Shown one piece after another: positions 61,269-64,000 of a DNA stretch of 64,000 nt. The stretch is from an uncultured Methanosarcinaceae archaeon (lineage in GTDB: Archaea; Halobacteriota; Methanosarcinia; Methanosarcinales; Methanosarcinaceae), in contig CAVRJG010000039.1 in assembly GCA_963721455.1 (NCBI GenBank), positions 96,001 through 160,000 on the forward strand. Reading direction: 5' to 3'. A program made the translations under genes and the position numbers. A model generated the notes under the pieces. That model did not search any database and had not been told where the DNA came from. It saw only the letters and a program-made list of their open reading frames with translations. Each line of letters opens with the position of its first letter. Within the stretch, counting starts at the first letter, position 1.

Positions 61269-61963
61269 TATCCTCCTTCCTGACAGACCCAGCATTCCTC
61301 GAAGACATAGTACGGATCCTCTTTGTCTTTGTGCTGATCACTGCAGCCTTTACTCTCTCCACGAGGAATATTGCTTCACTGCTGACCGTATATACTGTTC
61401 AGTCCCTGCTGCTGGTCTTGATCGCCGTGTCTCTTTACCTGATCCAGGGCAGCCAAACGCTGCTTGCGATAGCAGCCCTGACGCTTGTGAGCAAGGTGCT
61501 GATAATTCCCCTCTTTATAAACTTGATCGGGGAAAAAATCAAAATCAGCCGGGATATGAAGTTTGACTATCTGGAACCGACAGCTTCCCTCCTTGTAAGC
61601 ATGGGCCTGATCCTGCTTTCCTATATCTTCCTCTCCGGCTTTTTCAATGAGTTTGTCCTGGGAAAGTTGTTTTTCATGGGGGCGGTTATAGGCTTATCCC
61701 TGACTCTAATGGGAATGCTTGTGATATTTAGCCGGACAAAAGTGATTACAAAAGTTATAGGGTACCTGACCATGGAAAACGGGGTGTTGCTCTTCGGAAT
61801 CTTTGTTGCGGATCTCCCCTTCATTATAGAAATCCTGATTGTGATAGACCTTATGATTCTCGTACTCTTAACAACCATCCTGGCTATAGGTATCGATTCC
61901 ACGATTGAGGAATACCACCAGCGTTTCAAGAGACTCAATATCTGGTCAGGGAGGAAATATTAA
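61265..61963 (+). CDS. hyfE: Hyf/Ehr subunit E
   Basis: YTVQSLLL, KVLIIP and GYLTMENG motifs; operon position. Confidence 0.85.
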   Translation: MISSFLTDPAFLEDIVRILFVFVLITAAFTLSTRNIASLLTVYTVQSLLLVLIAVSLYLIQGSQTLLAIAALTLVSKVLIIPLFINLIGEKIKISRDMKFDYLEPTASLLVSMGLILLSYIFLSGFFNEFVLGKLFFMGAVIGLSLTLMGMLVIFSRTKVITKVIGYLTMENGVLLFGIFVADLPFIIEILIVIDLMILVLLTTILAIGIDSTIEEYHQRFKRLNIWSGRKY

Positions 61964-63441
61964 TGCTCATATTCGGTTATCTGGCAGTGGGAGCTATAGC
62001 CCTTGCCCTTATTCTGATTTCAAAGTCTCACAAGGCAATGAATGCTTTTTCCGTGATACATACACTTGTGTTTCTCGCAATCGGCCTTTATGTACTGCTA
62101 ACTACCGCAGTCCCGACTTTTGAGACCGGAAGCAGGTACTTTTATGTGGACCATCTCAGCATCTACGAAGTTCTGATTGCAGCTTTGCTGTTCTTCCTGG
62201 CTTCTGTCTATGCAAACGGTTATGTAGAAAGCCTGATGCAGGCCCAGGAAATGCACAGGAATAACCTGAAAATATTTTATATGGCTTTTAGCCTCCTACT
62301 TACTACAACGACCCTGGCTTTCTTTTCCGATAACCTTGCTCTATTCTGGATCTTTGCCGAGCTGACGACGGTCTTTTCAGCCGCACTTGTAGCAATCCTG
62401 TCTGCCAAAGAAAATATTGACGCTGCCCTTAAATACATCTTTATAGCTTCCGGAGCCATGCTTTTTTCATTTATAGGGCTGATCTTTCTGTATACACTCT
62501 CTGGAGAAGTTCTGGGCAGCGGGACCCTGAACTGGACCATGTTGATGGAAAATGCAGCCCTTCTGTCCCCCAAAATGCTGACTGCAAGTTTTGTATTTTT
62601 GTTTATCGGCTTTGCAGCAAAATCCGGGATTTTCCCCTTCCATACCTGGCTTCCGGATGCCCACTCAAAAGCCCCTTCAGCAGTAAGCGCCATCTTATCA
62701 GGAGTCCTGTTAAACGTAGGCATGTATGGAATTCTCCGGATGTACGCAGTTGTCCGGCAAACGCAAGCTGAACATCTGGTATCCCAGTTCCTGATGTGCT
62801 TTGGACTGCTTACGGTAGCAGTTGCGGTCCTGAATATGCTTTTGCAGAGAAACCAGAAGATGCTGATTGCCTTTTCAAGTATGGAACATATGGGCATTCT
62901 CCTCATCGGGATAGGGGTTGGAACACCTCTTTCTCTCTTCTGGACGCTTTTTTATGTCCTGGCTCACTCGCTGACCAAAGCCTCGCTCTTCTTTTCGGCA
63001 GGCATCCTGCACCGGCAATACGAAAGTAACATGATCCAGGACATGAGAGACGTCCTTTCGCTCCAGCCCATTGCAGGCTGGGGATTTATCATTGGGAGCT
63101 TTGCAATCATCGGCATGCCTCCTTTCCCGATCTTTTCGGCCAAACTCTTCATCCTGTTAGAAGCTTTCAGATTTTCGAAACCGCTTGTCTTTGCAATTCT
63201 ACTCCTGCTGGTCATCGCATCAGCGGCATTTGCAAGGTTTTTAATCGAGGCCTTTAGCCGGAGTTCGAAAGACGCTGGAACTGGGGAGCCGGAAACTCCA
63301 CTTGTTCCGTATATAGTCAGGAATGGGATGAAATTTCCGATCCTTGCAATAATTTTCATTACCCTGTCACTCGGAGTTTTCTTTCCGGAATCTCTGGAAA
63401 ACCTGTTGAACGAAGTCGTGTATGAGCTTGGATACATTTGA
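61963..63441 (+). CDS. hyfF: Hyf/Ehr subunit F (antiporter-like)
   Basis: WIFAELTT, AALKY, HTWLPDAHSKAPS, AFSSMEHMG and HSLTKASLF motifs. Confidence 0.9.
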   Translation: MLIFGYLAVGAIALALILISKSHKAMNAFSVIHTLVFLAIGLYVLLTTAVPTFETGSRYFYVDHLSIYEVLIAALLFFLASVYANGYVESLMQAQEMHRNNLKIFYMAFSLLLTTTTLAFFSDNLALFWIFAELTTVFSAALVAILSAKENIDAALKYIFIASGAMLFSFIGLIFLYTLSGEVLGSGTLNWTMLMENAALLSPKMLTASFVFLFIGFAAKSGIFPFHTWLPDAHSKAPSAVSAILSGVLLNVGMYGILRMYAVVRQTQAEHLVSQFLMCFGLLTVAVAVLNMLLQRNQKMLIAFSSMEHMGILLIGIGVGTPLSLFWTLFYVLAHSLTKASLFFSAGILHRQYESNMIQDMRDVLSLQPIAGWGFIIGSFAIIGMPPFPIFSAKLFILLEAFRFSKPLVFAILLLLVIASAAFARFLIEAFSRSSKDAGTGEPETPLVPYIVRNGMKFPILAIIFITLSLGVFFPESLENLLNEVVYELGYI

Positions 63442-63459
63442 GTAGGAGGCAAAGAGAAG

Positions 63460-64000
63460 ATGAATTCAAATCAAAACACACCGGGTCCCCTGGTCATGGC
63501 AGATCCGAAATTAATAGATGATTGCCAGCTTCCAATGAATCCTGCAATTCCGGCGACCCAGTACATTACGAATTTATTAAATGATGTTTCAGGCAAACAG
63601 CCACTAATCAGGAAGGGAAAGAGTAATGAATTATACATTCCTCTCGGAGAAGAAGAGTTTTTGAAGACCGTACCTGTTCTTTCCCAAAAGGGCTTTATCT
63701 TGATAAGCCTGTTTTGCGTCCAGGGTTTTGAGGGAAGCCCTGGGTTTACTCTCTTTTATGTTTTCAGGAGGAGTGGTTTTACTGACGTATTTGCATTTAT
63801 GCGGCATGTAAGAGCCGGAACGACCTCCATTGCCACGATTTTTCCTTCTGCCTGCTGGTATGAACGAGAAATCCGGGACGGATTTGGGGTAGAATTCAAG
63901 GATGCCTTTGACAAGAGGAGGCTCTTTTTGCATGAAGCATACCCTGAAGGCTTTCACCCTCTCCTGAAATCTGTTAAAAATGGAAAAATCCAGGCGGTCG
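63460..64000 (+). CDS. hyfG: Hyf/Ehr large subunit (NuoC/D-like, HyfG), 3'-truncated by window edge
   Basis: AGGAGG RBS; open frame to window end containing SIATIFPSACWYEREIRDGFGVEF...HPLLK. Confidence 0.85.
   Translation, partial: MNSNQNTPGPLVMADPKLIDDCQLPMNPAIPATQYITNLLNDVSGKQPLIRKGKSNELYIPLGEEEFLKTVPVLSQKGFILISLFCVQGFEGSPGFTLFYVFRRSGFTDVFAFMRHVRAGTTSIATIFPSACWYEREIRDGFGVEFKDAFDKRRLFLHEAYPEGFHPLLKSVKNGKIQAV

Overview
Archaeal chromosomal window, almost certainly from a Methanosarcina species. This is inferred from TBP, AglJ, SMC-ScpA-ScpB, an MT2 methyltransferase, a DUF2111-PAS-GAF protein, an Ehr/Hyf-like operon and lineage-typical repeats. Most of it is core housekeeping: thiC-like, tbp, smc operon, feoB plus DtxR regulator, bioY-ECF with a BirA box, ArsR plus permease with its operator, ilvE, moeA, DRG GTPase, an ABC exporter, a Hyf-like operon and 3 tRNAs. 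The AT-rich, ORF-poor stretch at about 42.8-50.6 kb holds the main discoveries. (1) Three tandem copies of an apparently unannotated structured ncRNA on the minus strand: a closing stem enclosing two G-loop hairpins, with covariation, G-U pairs and an identical 21-bp promoter element. (2) A 5.8-kb integrase-less islet bounded by a 16-bp direct repeat of the tRNA-Gln 3' end. It carries four paralogous genes for secreted Gly-rich peptides with Cys/Trp tails, each with a conserved promoter/operator and terminator, plus MITEs and a transposase relic.
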